Positions 51,001 through 63,439 of a DNA stretch of 64,000 bases are shown piece after piece (position 1 is the first letter of the stretch; the number at the start of each line of letters is the position of its first letter). Position numbers and translations under genes: made by a program. The notes below the pieces were generated by a model, which was not told the DNA's origin, searched no databases, and saw only the letters and a list, made by a program, of their open reading frames with translations. The stretch is from Massalongia carnosa (Eukaryota). The DNA lies in the NCBI GenBank assembly GCA_965645245.1, contig OZ287087.1, positions 930,001-994,000 of the forward strand. The letters run 5' to 3'.

Positions 51001-53239
51001 GTCTGTAAAAGTGCGATGTACGGCTATGAAGCATGGTTTGTGATGCATTAGCACCTCATCTCAAATGAATATTGCGGTGCATTGCGAAAGACCGTGTATA
51101 TGCCTGTTGCGGGTGATATTACATATGTTATCCTCATTTAAAATCAAAAGAACTTTAAAATGGGAATGTGAAGTCTGTCAGCCTGGAAGAAGTGAAGCCG
51201 CAATAGCCGGAAGACGCAACGCAAAGAATGATTTAATTCTCCACCCGAATAATGATTGCAAAGAGTCTTATATAATAAAGTCTTACCTATTCCTGCAGGT
51301 CCCTTAACAGAAAAATGTGCCGTTCTAGGATAATCTCTAACTCCTGCAACAATGTTATCAAAACAGTATATCTGATCTGCATTCAATTGAGTATATCGTT
51401 CATTTCGTAACGTCGTTTCTTCGTTAAAATCGTATGTCATTTATTTGCGATCAACGAATTCATAGTACTCCGACCCCAATCTTATGTTAACAGCGGCATA
51501 TTATAATTCTCTAATCGTTTTCCTAAATCCGAAAGAACTCCGTTTAACAAATAAAGGCCTTAATCTAAATGCGGACTCATTAAATCATCTGAATCATCAG
51601 TCATTAATCGTAATCGATACGGTTAATCGTCACATATATCATTTGCGTATCAACTCCATAAGGCCTTAGGATCCGTAACACGACGATAATCGGTTGTGAC
51701 CGCATTCTCCCGCAAAGCCTCGCTGGCGGTTTTGTAAAGCCTGATAAAGGGATTCATATTGTGCAACATTTCTGTTAAACGTCGTACAATATCAGGATCC
51801 AATTTTGTATATTGTCGAGTACGAATCGAGGTTGCGTCGTCTGGATCGTAAAAAAACAGTTGAGTAAAGCGAGGAAAATCGTCATCAGGATCCAAAGGAC
51901 CTTGCAGGTGATACAGTTCTCCGTGAATTTGAAAACAAATTGGTCCACAACCGTTACGAGGAAGTCGGCTTTCGGGTGTGTAGTTTACGGAGGTGAACGT
52001 CAACACGGAATTATATTCTCGGAGGTTTTTGCGAAATACGCAGGATCTAACATTGTCATCAACTAATAGTTGCAGTAAAATCTGTCGCATAGCGGACCTT
52101 AAAGTATACTGACTTTTGAATGCAGCCGGAAAGTCACGATTGGCAACGACACGCTCACGACGGATTTGACGATTTATATCTCGCGACTCTCGACGATTAG
52201 CAGATGAAGAAACGGATCTAAGACTCGCATTTGAAAGGAGATACATGTCTTGAAAACGATCTTACGGAATCGTCATGACGATTACAAATGTTCTCGTTCT
52301 CTTCTGCCTCATTAAGCAGCATTTCTTCCTATACATTTAAATTTTCCTGTTTGGAACGACCTCGAGACAATGAACTCGATGACAAAAAAGCGGACGATAT
52401 AGGAGAGGAACTCGTCGCAGAATCATGAAGCGAAAGTTGCGAAGACGCAGAAGATACAACAGGACTTTTAGGAGGACTAGGCGGACGTAATTAAAGACGA
52501 ACGGGAGATTTTGTAGGCCGTAAAATCAGACGGACGCGTTTCGCAGGTAGATTTTCTGGTTTATTCAAATCACTAAGCGGTCTGCGGGGAGAACCCGACT
52601 GTCGTATAGGAATGTGAAGTCGAGAAGTGATCTCCAGTTGTAGAGAAGAAACTGCTCGTAAAGAAATAACTTAAATATACCCGTTCGCAAAATGGTATGC
52701 CGAACTTTGAACCCCGAAACTGCGCGGTAAAAAAAAAAATAAGCGACAGAATTGGACTACATACCAGAATTTGGTGCATTAGCTAATAGCCATCCTCGCC
52801 TTCACACTTCCCTTTGCAGTCTATGGGATAATATAGTTAATGATATCCTTTTGATTATCGCTTGTATGAACTTTCAACGTAGTTATTCCTGTTATCATGC
52901 CTCGAAAACAGCTTCCTAAACAGCTATCAAAACAGCTCTCCAAACAGCCCTCTAAACAATTATGAAAACGGGCATCTACTACTGAATTACCTAGGAACTC
53001 AGCACTTTTATTTAAATAAAGGCTTACAATCAATCCTCCTAGATCATAATCACCAGTTTTAAATACCCGTATTTCTGATCTTCCATCACGTTCACCTTTA
53101 CCATCTCCTCTAGATTCTCGTTCGGCTTTGCCTTTACCTTCTTATCGTCTCTTCCTCCATGAGAATCACGTTCCTCCAGTTAATATTTGCTAAAGAATTT
53201 CCCGCTAAGCTTCAATGTACGTCCGCTAACTTCTAGGAC

Positions 53240-53400
53240 TACACAAAAGGCTTTTAATGACGAGGAGGAGGGAGAGGAGGAAGAGAAGAACCTGGACGAG
53301 AACGAGGAGGAGGAAGAGGAGGAGGACAATCAGGAGGACAATCAGGAGGACGAGGAGGACGAGGAGGACGAGGAGGATTAGGAGGACGAGGAGGACGATA
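53240..53400. repeat. (GAG/GAC)n purine-rich low-complexity tract
   Basis: GAGGAGGACGAGGAGGAC repeats. Confidence 0.85.
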
Positions 53401-53439
53401 CGGAAGACAGTAGCTGATGAGGAAACTGATTTTTAAGAG

Positions 53440-54760
53440 TTTTATTCAATACTATACTGTCGAAACAATGCACCTGCATCATGTGAATAATATTCACTTA
53501 TAGCCTTTAGTGCTATAAAAATATAGCTTTACTTTGTAGGTATAATAGCATAATTGTCATTGAAGGTGTGGATTATATGTGAGCTATCGACTCATTATAT
53601 AGCAGTCACATTGAAGACTTCCCGGCGACCCCCTTCCATAGGGAGTCAGCTGGTCTACTGATTCTCGGTCCCCAGAGCTCACTTCGGCCCCCGTGGTAGG
53701 GTCACCAAAGATAGGCACTAGACTGATGCCCATGATGGTAGTCTAACAGTTCTTACCATCTAATAACTAGATAGATATTAGATGTTTGTCCTTACCATCT
53801 AACAAGTGCATCTTCTAAAAATCTCCCAAATCCAACAGATTCCTCTATATATGAATCAATTAAACTACTGTGACGTTTAATCCAAGCCTTAAAAATAGAG
53901 AATAAAGTCTCTATTAGATTAAAATCGGGTGATTACGGAGCCAAATGAACCAGCAAAACATATGCATCCTGACACATGATCCTTAATTCCTCACTTCAAT
54001 ATATAGAGGTATTATCCATAATCAAAAACGAACGAGGACTATTACCTCCAGCGCAGTATGGTAAAACCTTGAGCCTGAGGAATTCATTCATAATGTCTGA
54101 TATTATAGAGCCATGATGCACCTCCCAAGCTATGAAACCGTCGATTGTGAACGCTAGTAATATACTCAATCTCTTAGAACGTTTGAGCGCTTGAATCATG
54201 GTCGGTTTGATTCCTGGTGCGGCCAATCCATATCGACGATCACCTAAAGTAATATCAATTCGCAAAGAAACTGAAGTTCTACAAATAGTACTGACCAGTA
54301 TCCTCGCATGTAGCGCTTTCGTCCAGAAAATCAGCTGATCAGCCCTCCATCCTCCCAGTCTAATCATCTTCTCATCAGACAAATATTGGTTGCGTTGTTA
54401 TGCTATACGAATAGCCATCTTTCGATTCCAGGCCATCTGCTTAAGAGTTCGAGAAACCGTAGACTCGCTCACCAAGACGTCGAATTCATCATACAAAAAC
54501 GCCCCAGCACATCTCGTCCAAATATGAGGTAGGTCTCTGATCCAGATAGACGAGTATTTGATCGATTTGATATTGATGCATTTTCTTGCGCCGGTCAGTA
54601 GCAAGCTGAGGTTTTGCAACCTCACTGAAATTTTCCCAATTATGTCTCATCTTAAGTAATTATCTAATGCTGATACCAGTAGCATCTTCATCCAATTCCA
54701 GTCTGAACTTTATAGCCTGGCGTTTGATGATGCTGAATGATCATCCCATGTTTGCTTTTA
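53440..54760 (-). pseudogene. Degenerate Tc1/IS630-like DD34E transposase
   Basis: LYDEFDVLVSESTVSRTLK, LIMDNTSIY...SPDFNLIE (34 residues between D and E), C-terminal DAGALFRQYSI. Confidence 0.8.
53514..53804. mobile_element. Copia-type solo LTR within the Tc1 relic
   Basis: TSD AGTGC; ends CATCTAACA; shares TGTAGGTATAATAGCAT and TATATAGCAGTCACA with LTR 24020-24339. Confidence 0.82.
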
Positions 54761-54814
54761 AAACTACGCGGTAGCAAGAATAAAGATCTACATGAAAATA
54801 CTACATATGATGTA

Positions 54815-55560
54815 TCCTACAGGCTGCAAAAGGCGGTGTGAAGGGGAGACGTTGTAACGGTTCAACCAAGCGTGGTGCGGACGGAAGGACCTATAGCGAA
54901 CAGAGCAGGAGTCCCAGTTATAGTAAAATAGAGCTCGGTCTGCGGACTAAGTAGTGTGCCTTTTAGTCGGGAAGTAGAGGTGGCGCAATAGTAGAAATCT
55001 ATTCACTATCTCGCTTCGTCACTGAATACTTAGTCATCAATCGGTGTACTAGTCGTGAGTTCGATTCCTGGCCTGAGTTCCTCGCTTTTTTGCCTTGCTT
55101 CGATGGACTGAAGCCAGGACGAAACGGGAAAGCGTTGGATAAAAACTCTTTAAGTCGGATCGGCGAGGGCCGTACGCTAAGAAGAGTCCATTCTTCGGGG
55201 CTAACTATAACTGGAAGCGGTTAGGGTCTAGCCGCAGCTAGACGGGTGGTAATGTAATGGTTCGACCAAGCATGGTGCGGACGGCAGGACCTACAGCGAA
55301 CATAGCAGGAGTCCCAGATATAGTAGAATAGAGGTTGGTCTGCGGACTAAATATTGTGCCTTTTGGTCGGGAAGGACAGTTGGCGCAATAGTAGAAATCT
55401 ATTCACTATCTCGCTTCGTCACAGGAGTGCCATTAGCTACTGCACCAAATTCTTATTTGGGGTACAATTCTGTCGATTAATATTTTTTTTACCGTACAGC
55501 TTCGGGATTCAAAACTCGGCACACAATATTGCACACGGTTATAACTGTAATTATGCAATT
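54815..55560 (+). mobile_element. 5' terminal segment of a second, related Helitron
   Basis: Begins A|TCCTACAGGCTGCAAA; once 54853-55423 is removed it aligns with the reverse complement of ~52680-52828. Confidence 0.7.
54853..55423 (+). mobile_element. TRIM-like miniature LTR element: L4 LTR, ~230-bp non-coding core, L4 LTR
   Basis: Direct 171-bp repeats 54853-55023 and 55253-55423; purine-rich GACGGGTGGTAA before the 3' LTR; degenerate 5-bp TSD GACGT/GGAGT. Confidence 0.8.
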
Positions 55561-57681
55561 GTTAGATAAAGTTGTGACGGACTAAACTTATTTTTATTTT
55601 TATTTATGCATTAGATTTATTCAACCTAAGGTTATGATACTTAACTATTTACCAATATGTTTCTATAATACATATAAATCCACCCTTTATAACCCTTCTA
55701 TGTATCGTCGATTTTACCCCGTTTTTACTCCGTTTTAGTAGTAACAACCCATAGTAATCGATAATTTATCGATTTTACAATTTGTCTTTGTAAGTTCGTA
55801 AATTTTTCAGAATAAATCAATTCTGATTTTACTGCTCGATCTCTCCACAACTTCCAGTTTCGGCAATTTCGTCACCAAGCTGTCCTAGTATCTATTTTCT
55901 AGTCGCGATTTTGTTATTGACAATGAATTTAATCAAAATATTAGTTCCGATTTTTTGTTGAATAACATATTCAAGTTAATCCTAGTATTGACATTTTGTT
56001 TCATGTATTAAATTTTATCGGAATAGTAAATACAATTCAATGACAAGTGTTATGGCATTTGTCATTTAATGCAACGATTTATGTATTTTGACGAATTATA
56101 ATCTTTCAATTGACGTAAATATGATCGAAAATAGCCGTATTCGAATTTTAATTGCATAATAATTGCAAATATCAGTTTGGAACAGTTGTTTGATAAATAA
56201 TGAAAACTCGATATGCCAGGTTTCATTTCGAATTTCTCGTAGTTATTTTATTTTATTTATTCATTAAGTGTATTCAACCTAAGGTTATGATACTAAACTA
56301 TTTTAGGATATGTTTCTATAATACAAATAAATCAACCCTTTATAACTAATCTATGAAACGAATGAAAAGAGTTCAGCGGAACTTCGTTAATATTGTTCTC
56401 GAAGACCTCGTTAATAAGATTTTCATAGACCTCGTTAACAACGTTCGGTCATACTCTTAAAAATTCAAGTCCTTTCATGCAGTCATCGGCTGAGAGCTAA
56501 AGACGTACGACACGGGTCAGCTATGTCTATCACACGGTTCTCCTTCGTCTACAACACAGAGTCCTCCGGCTGAAAGAAATACAACATATATAAAAATAGT
56601 GTAGGGTCACACCCTACACGATACAAGGGATTTGCGACATGAAAACAATCCGATTGATGGCTACCGCAAGTAACACGGCCCGAACCGGAGTCTTACCGGG
56701 GATGGTGGAGGCAACCTAGTCATCAAATAGGACACCCTTGGGACAAGAAGAGGGCAATCTACGAGGAACCCGTTAACTGATAACAGTCTAGGCCCTGAGC
56801 TAATAGACGAATTTCAAACGAGCACCCTTCCGAGTTGTCCTCGACTCGTTTTGGTTCGTAGGGACGGAAAATCGATACTATACTGCCTGGTCAGGAGCAT
56901 ATTGGTCAAAATCCCTGCGAGATATGGTCGTTTCATAAATGGGAGACCTTTATGAGTAACGCGAAGTGGGCGTAAAAACCCGTGAGGCGTGGTATGCAAT
57001 GGCGGCCACCATATGGAGACCGTCTGCATAGCCCGAGAGGATAGTATGCGCATGTCGGTATATATAGAGCAGGGAATGTCTATCTCGCTCGTAACCAGAC
57101 TCCGTCGGTTCACCGGCGCATGGGCTGCGGCTAGACACGCACTTGATATATGCTTAAAGAGTAAACTGGGTTTGACCTGGGCGAAAGGGACGTCGTTCAC
57201 CCCAATCGTAGAATTCATCAATAGTCTTGGGCCGTAAAACGCTGTGAAGGGATAAACTGGGTGGTGGCGAACGATAGAAGGATGAAACAAACAAACAAAT
57301 GACCGAATCAACAGAGCCTCACTGCATCGATGAATTAATCGTCATGCCCATCAATGGCCGACTAGCTGTATGAATGAAAGTGTCTATGATAGCTGTATGT
57401 GTTGATAGCAGTATGATCCGAAGATGGATATCCCGAAAGATGAGAAGGAAAGTTTGAGAAAAAGACTCATATAACCGGAACGCCAAGACGCCAGCACCCG
57501 ACCACATGACCAATCACCTGACTCATCACCTCACTTGCCACCGACCCGGTGGAGTTCCACTCCACCCCTCTACAACGCACAAGTGAGATGAACGTAAACT
57601 GGGAAAGAGACTTCACGAAGGAGATGTCAACTCTATTTTATCATTCTTAGTCAACAACTACAACTATTAATGGAATGTGTA

Positions 57682-60600
57682 TTTATGATGATGATTGATT
57701 CTTGTACTGATCTGACACCGGCCGAAGGCCGGCCCATGCGGGCTATCTACTGATTCTTACAGGGAAAACCTTTTAAAGGGATAAAAACTATGCAGACTGC
57801 GCCATTATCCCAAACGTGTTCCGTTTCTGGACTGCATTCTTCGCTCGATTTTCTGTGAAATCCTTGACAAAATGAGAGTTAACACTCGTATAAAAGTTGC
57901 GATGCTAGTGAAAATTGGGTCAGCAAATTTGCTTTTATTATCTATGTGGTTAGTTTTTCAACATTTTCGACGAGCTCATGATCGTTCGATACTCGTTGGT
58001 GCCTATTTGTTTTAGCACTTCCTATCTGCCGTCGATTAGCCTGCAATGTAGAATGATGTGTTTGTCTGTCTGGTTCTGCCATCCGCTCGAGCAGGCCGGG
58101 GTCATAACGCCCGGTACCCGACGATTGAACAGGAAGTTTGCCAAGCCTATTTTTTCGGTGCGGATTTGCGTGGTTAGCGCGCTTTCAGCTTTTATCAGTT
58201 TGTTGTGAATCTTCAGTCTCGTCCTACTGAGATATCCCAACTGTGCCTCTGTCGGGCGGGGAATGCGGTTCTGGTAGGTCTTTCATTTGGAGTCCCAGCG
58301 TTCCTTGATGCGTTCTGTGGTGGCCTTTTTGTGTTTCTCTATGGTATGGCGTGTCGTGGCGCATTTTTCGAGGTGTGCCGGGTCGGGTGTGGACCAGGGC
58401 GGGGGCGATGGGGGCATTGTGACTGGTGCCTCGTTATTCAATATTTTGCTGGCCCATTCGTATTTCAACTCTCCTGGGGTGAGGTGATGCGTTCTTTTGC
58501 GTCCTGCCTTACCCCGTAGCTTGTTTGCTATTGTGTTGCAGGCTTTGGTAATCAGTTTCGCCTGCCCTGCGGCCCGGAGACGATACCTTACTTATATCTG
58601 CAGATTGTCCAGATGGACCTTCATGGGGGCGATGAACGTTTCCGCTTCGAGAACTTCGACGGGTGTTGCCTGGAATGCCCCTGTCACGGTGCGTAAGCAT
58701 TTGTTCTGCATGACTCTGGGTTTGGACGTCGTGGCCTTGCTTTTCTGGATTTCCCTGGGTGTGTGCCACACGGTGCTTCCATAAGTCATTGCTGGGCGAA
58801 CAACGGCGGTGTAAACCTGCCGGGCCTTCGCGAAAGAAGCTCCCCAGGTGGATGTCGAAATTTTTGTGAGCGCCAGCGACTGCGACGTCATCTTTTCCTG
58901 TGTTTTCCGTATGTGGGCTCCCCATTTCAAATTTGGTATCGATTTGGAGGCCCAGAACTCGTAAGTCCGTTTTGGGTTCTATTAGGTTGTTTTCTATTTG
59001 AATAGTAGCCGACATGTCGAATTTCTTTCGATTTCTGGACAAATAAATGAGCTCATATTTATCTGGTGCAAATACGCACCCGTGGCGTGCCGCCCATAGT
59101 TCGCATTTTCTGTGAATTCTTTCGAGGGTTCTGCAGTTTTCTTCCGTGCTCTTACCGTATGCCAACATATTTACGTCGTTTACAAATCCTAGCGCGCTCG
59201 TGTTTGTGCCGGGTTTCTCGCATATCTCTAAAAGGTCGGCATTGTAGAACAGGTAGAGAATTGGGGAAATAGGTGAGCCTTGAGGAATGCCCGTGCACAC
59301 CGCGAACTCCTCGGTTACTCGCCGGTTTATCGTTAGTGTGGTTCTTCTTTCCTTCAGAAAGCTTGCCGTCCAGTCTGTGATCCATTTCGGGATTTTCCTT
59401 TTTCGCAGATTGTGTATCAGCCTGCGATGAGACACTGTGTCGAATGCGCCTGCTACATCCATGCTGAGGAGAGTTGCCACCTTATTGTTGCCTTGTTCCC
59501 ATACAGTGTGTACCTGTTCAGTGAGGAGTTCAAGCGCAGACTCGGTAGATCGGCCACGCCGAGCGCCCATTTGTGTGTCCGGCAGGAGCCGGTGCTGTTA
59601 TGCTATATAAGTGATCTTCCTTGCGATGACTGCTTCTAATACCTTACCTATTGTGTTCAGTAAAGCTATGGGTCTGTATGCCTTTGGACTGGTATTGTCT
59701 TTCTTTTCCGGTTTTCTGAGCGCGATCGTGTTTGATCTTTTGAACTCGCGGGGATGATACGCATGCGTGACACAAGCCTCAAATAAAAGGGGTAAGCAAC
59801 TCTGCTAGCTTTGTGGAGCATGCCTTGAGAATTCTGATGGTGATCTCGTCAGGGCCCGGAGCCTTGTCGGACTTAAGACGTTTTATGTTTGCGATCACTT
59901 CGTCATTTGTGATTGTCATGGGGCAATCCGCGGCGGCGGGGTAGAACGGCCCGGGTATGTCGCTCAAGTCGGCCGGCGGGGGGGGGGGAAAGAATTTGGC
60001 TTTCAGCATTTCCGCTTTTTCTTCGAACGTCTCCGCTGTTTGCCCTTCGTGCCTCAATGGCGGCATTTTCGGTATCTCGCGGGGCTTCTGACTCTTTTCT
60101 TTTGCCCATCTTGCTAGCTTCCATATGCCCAACGGCGACTCGGTTGCTTTTCTTATCTCTTTGCGAAATGAGAGCGTTTTTGCTTTTTGGATTATCTTTT
60201 GCTTCTTGTCGTTGGACTTCATATATGCCTTCCAGTCGTCTAAGTGGCGCGATGACGACCAGAAGCGGTGCAATTTGCGAGTCTCGCGGGTGGCGCGGTT
60301 GCATTCTTCGTTCCAAAAGGGTTTCGCATATTCGCTGGGTCTGGCCCAGGGGACGGAGGCGGTTATGATTTTCTGCAGTAACTCTTGAATTGTCTGGGCG
60401 TACTGATCTATTTCTGCGGTTGAGCGGGGGTGGGTCACGGGCGGGGCGTTGCTTTCAGCCTCCCTCAATTTCTCCATGTTCAGCAGCTTCCATGCTCTGC
60501 GCTTTACTTTCGTTAGCTGTTCACTCCCGAGAAGAATGCGAGTGGATATCGGAATGTGATCAGAGGATTGATTTATTTCCGGTCTTGACATGCAGTGTTC

Positions 60601-63340
60601 CAGTCTTTCCGCCAGAAATTCCGACCTGAATACTAGATCTATAGTGCTAAAGGAGTTCTGGGCCTCCCACGTGACGGTTCCTTTGGGCAGCGTCATTGAG
60701 AGGTCAAATTCTTCTACTATATTCAATAACTGATCTGCGGCTGCGTGTTGTGTTGGCCTGGTGATTCCATTCCAAAAGGGGTGGTGAAGATTGAAGTCGC
60801 CGAGAAGAACGTGCTATGCGTCTGCGGCAAGCTGTTGGCGTACGACGGGGAGTGTGGACGGGCTGTCTGTGGATGAATAAGAGGACGGGGACGGGTTGTA
60901 CATGTTATGAATGTGCAGCACTTTTGTAACCCCATCGGTACACACGTTCAATTTCAACGTGCATAAATCTGCGGTAGGGAATTCTACTTCCCAGCTTTCC
61001 GGGTCTATTTTCTCGTTAACGTAAAAACATACGCGTGTGTCACCGCCGGGACGATACAGGAGGTGAAATCCACTTTGATGTGAGCTGAGCGTTGTAGGAG
61101 CGTGCGTGCTCCGCCACGGTTCCTGTTTTGCTATAACATCGTAGTCCTGCGTATTTAAATCTGCCAAAAGTGGAATTATTGTGCTTACTCGATCATTTCT
61201 GACGTTGTACTGTAGTATGTTAATGGAGTTTATATCATTTATAAATCTCCTTCTTCCATTACGTCCGCTGCCGGGGCGGTGGGGTGGCCCAGTTCTGGGT
61301 CGGCGGGGGAGTGAGATGATACAAGGGTTGCCGGGGGGGGGGCGGGATTCGTGTGGAACGGGGCGGGTGTTGCTGCGGTTGGTGTGTTTGGTGGTCTGCC
61401 AAGAGTTGGCTTGCCATCGCTCTTTGCATGTTCATGGGTTTTATGATCTCCGTGTCCTTCTATGACATGCCCGCTACGCGGCTGGGACCTGCCGAGGAGA
61501 CTTCTTGGGATCCCGCTGGGGCGGTTTTTCTTATCTTGCTGGTGACGACCTTCCAGGAACCGTTGACAGGTCTCTCCGTTGCCTCCCCTGGTGTTGCGCT
61601 GCATTTCTTGTCCGTTGAGGTTTGAGACGAGAAGATGAATGACCGCGCTACGATCGGGTCGCCCGTGACGAAGAGCTGGGGTGAGCTTTTCCTGGCCTTC
61701 TCTATCTTGCTCATTTCTAGTAATCTGAGCTTGCATGTTGGGGCCCACGCTACGTGGCCTCTCTCCTCGCAGCATGCGCACCTTTTGTGTTTACCTGTTG
61801 TTTCTGGGTTGCATTCGTTGGTCGAGTGCCCGCCGGCGCAGAGCCCGCACGCCGTTGGGCTGCGGCAGCGTTTTACTATGTGTCCGTATTTATAGCAGTT
61901 GAAGTACTGCGTTAGCTTGCAACTTTTTACGAATTTTTCGCAATTCTTAATCTCATGATCGACGAGGAAGCCCTCGGTGATGAGGCGGTTCGCCATCGCG
62001 GGAGTCTCTACTTCTACATGCAGCGACGAGTATGTCTTCTTTTCTTTGATAGCCCTGAACGACCAGGCGATTCTCGTGATTTTTAGGCCTGAGTGTAATC
62101 GTGCGTTAGCTGCCTGCAGGTACTGTATGGTTTAATTCTGTTTGGTGGCATCGATATGTGCCATCTTTACTCCGCTAGCTGGCACTGCATAGGTGCGGCG
62201 TTGAACTGTAGCAGACGCCGCAATCGCAGTGATCCATTTAGTGTTTTCATATAAGGTCTTCTTGACCTCTGCTGATTCTGCGTGAATTCGTAGGTCTCCG
62301 CTTGTAAGTCGCGATATTCCCACTATCCCTTCGACTTTTTTCTGCAGCGATTCCACCAACTCCTGAGTGGGCATCTGTCTCACTCTTTCTCGATCGGCCT
62401 CGTTCGTGACTCGTAGTGTGATCTCCCGGGCCCTTTTGGCCTCGCTGGGGGATGGCTCTTTGGTTTTTTGGGGTTTGGGGTGCTTAAGATTGTACGTCGG
62501 GCTTTGCCCGGCCTGGTTCTGGGGCGCCAGCGGGGTGGCCGCGGCGGCGTAGCTTGTAGGGGGCTCGTTTTTCTTTTTGGTGCCTTCTATGTGAAACGGG
62601 GAGACCTTCTCCCAGCAGGCATTCACTACTGGAAGATGGGACCCACAGGGGCTACACAACGTGATGGTCACAATAGAGGTACAAATAGGTAGGGTCGGGT
62701 CAAAGGGTAGACTAAATGCTACCCTTTTGAAGTGCTTGATCATTGATCTATATAGGATAGGACAATCCATAACCTAAGCTCTTCTTCCATACCTTGCCCA
62801 TACTACCTGGTATTTTCGGACTCCGAAATACTTCGGACACCGAAAGACACGGGTAGATAAGACTAGGCAGGTGAGCTAGGGGAGGTGAGGCGAGGCGAGG
62901 GGATACTTCGTGTACTACGAAAACACCTCCATAATAAGTTAAGTCCCCACACTATGCCTAACTGGGTTAGGCGGGACCTTATTGTCTTGGTGGTTGTTTT
63001 GGCTGTACGTATCCCACATAGCTACATAGGCCAGTCTTACGTTCAACGAACGCATACTAGGCCTACCCTATTTCACTATGTGATTAAGTGCGTTTCTTAT
63101 GTCCCGTAGGGACTCTGCTACCGTGACGGTGTCTTCGTTTTCCGAATTAATGTGAAGCTGGGCTTGCAACGTGGCTTTAACCTCCTTCAACAGAGTTTGC
63201 GCCACCGGGTCTCCTACGCTGTTACCGTGCTTTAAGTACTCATCTATCTTTGCTCCCAAGAGCTTTATCTTCTCCTCCTGTTCCTTCTTACGTTTCTCGC
63301 GGTCTTGCGCGAGTGTGTTGATCATTTTCGAAGTTTTTCG
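57682..63340 (-). mobile_element. Near-full-length Tad1-clade LINE (family A)
   Basis: ORF1 pieces 63068-63325, 62132-62590 and 61460-61996; APE 60814-61167; RT 58509-60726 (GIPQGSPIS); (CAT)n tail at ~57685. Confidence 0.93.
62592..63075. mobile_element. Solo LTR family L3 in LINE ORF1
   Basis: TG...CA termini with exact TSD CTATG. Confidence 0.93.
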
Positions 63341-63439
63341 TGAATGTATGTATGTATGTCCAATGTATAATTATATAGTATAAATAGAAAGTATATACAC
63401 GATATCCAGAACGATCGATATCTAAGGGCGATGATGAAT

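Larger units (their letters stand above)
33700..52828 (-). mobile_element. Helitron (internally deleted Rep/PIF1 helicase) split by a hAT stack and a Copia; own segments 33700-34332, 44266-45001, 51001-52828
   Basis: N-terminal FRKNLREYNS...FQIHGELYH...QLFFYDP; Walker A GPAGIGKT; GDFAQILPV; FPIRLCFAMTVNKSQ; NIVYPEV; 5' A|TC start at 52828; hairpin ATCTCAG-AA-CTGAGAT (33712-33727) near the putative 3' end, which is tentative. Confidence 0.85.

Noticed and set aside
52829..53440. Possible host gene fragment (MPRKQLPKQLSKQ...)
   Set aside because: Short, stop-interrupted and low-complexity; cannot be assigned
55105..55130. Hammerhead-like CTGAAGCCAGGACGAAAC in the TRIM core
   Set aside because: It lacks the CUGANGA core and a pairable stem II, and I found no flanking stems I/III
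56740..56800. Second HDV-like ribozyme around minus-strand TCCTCGT
   Set aside because: The bases flanking the L3-like loop (GGT/AGA) cannot form P3, and no P1 was found
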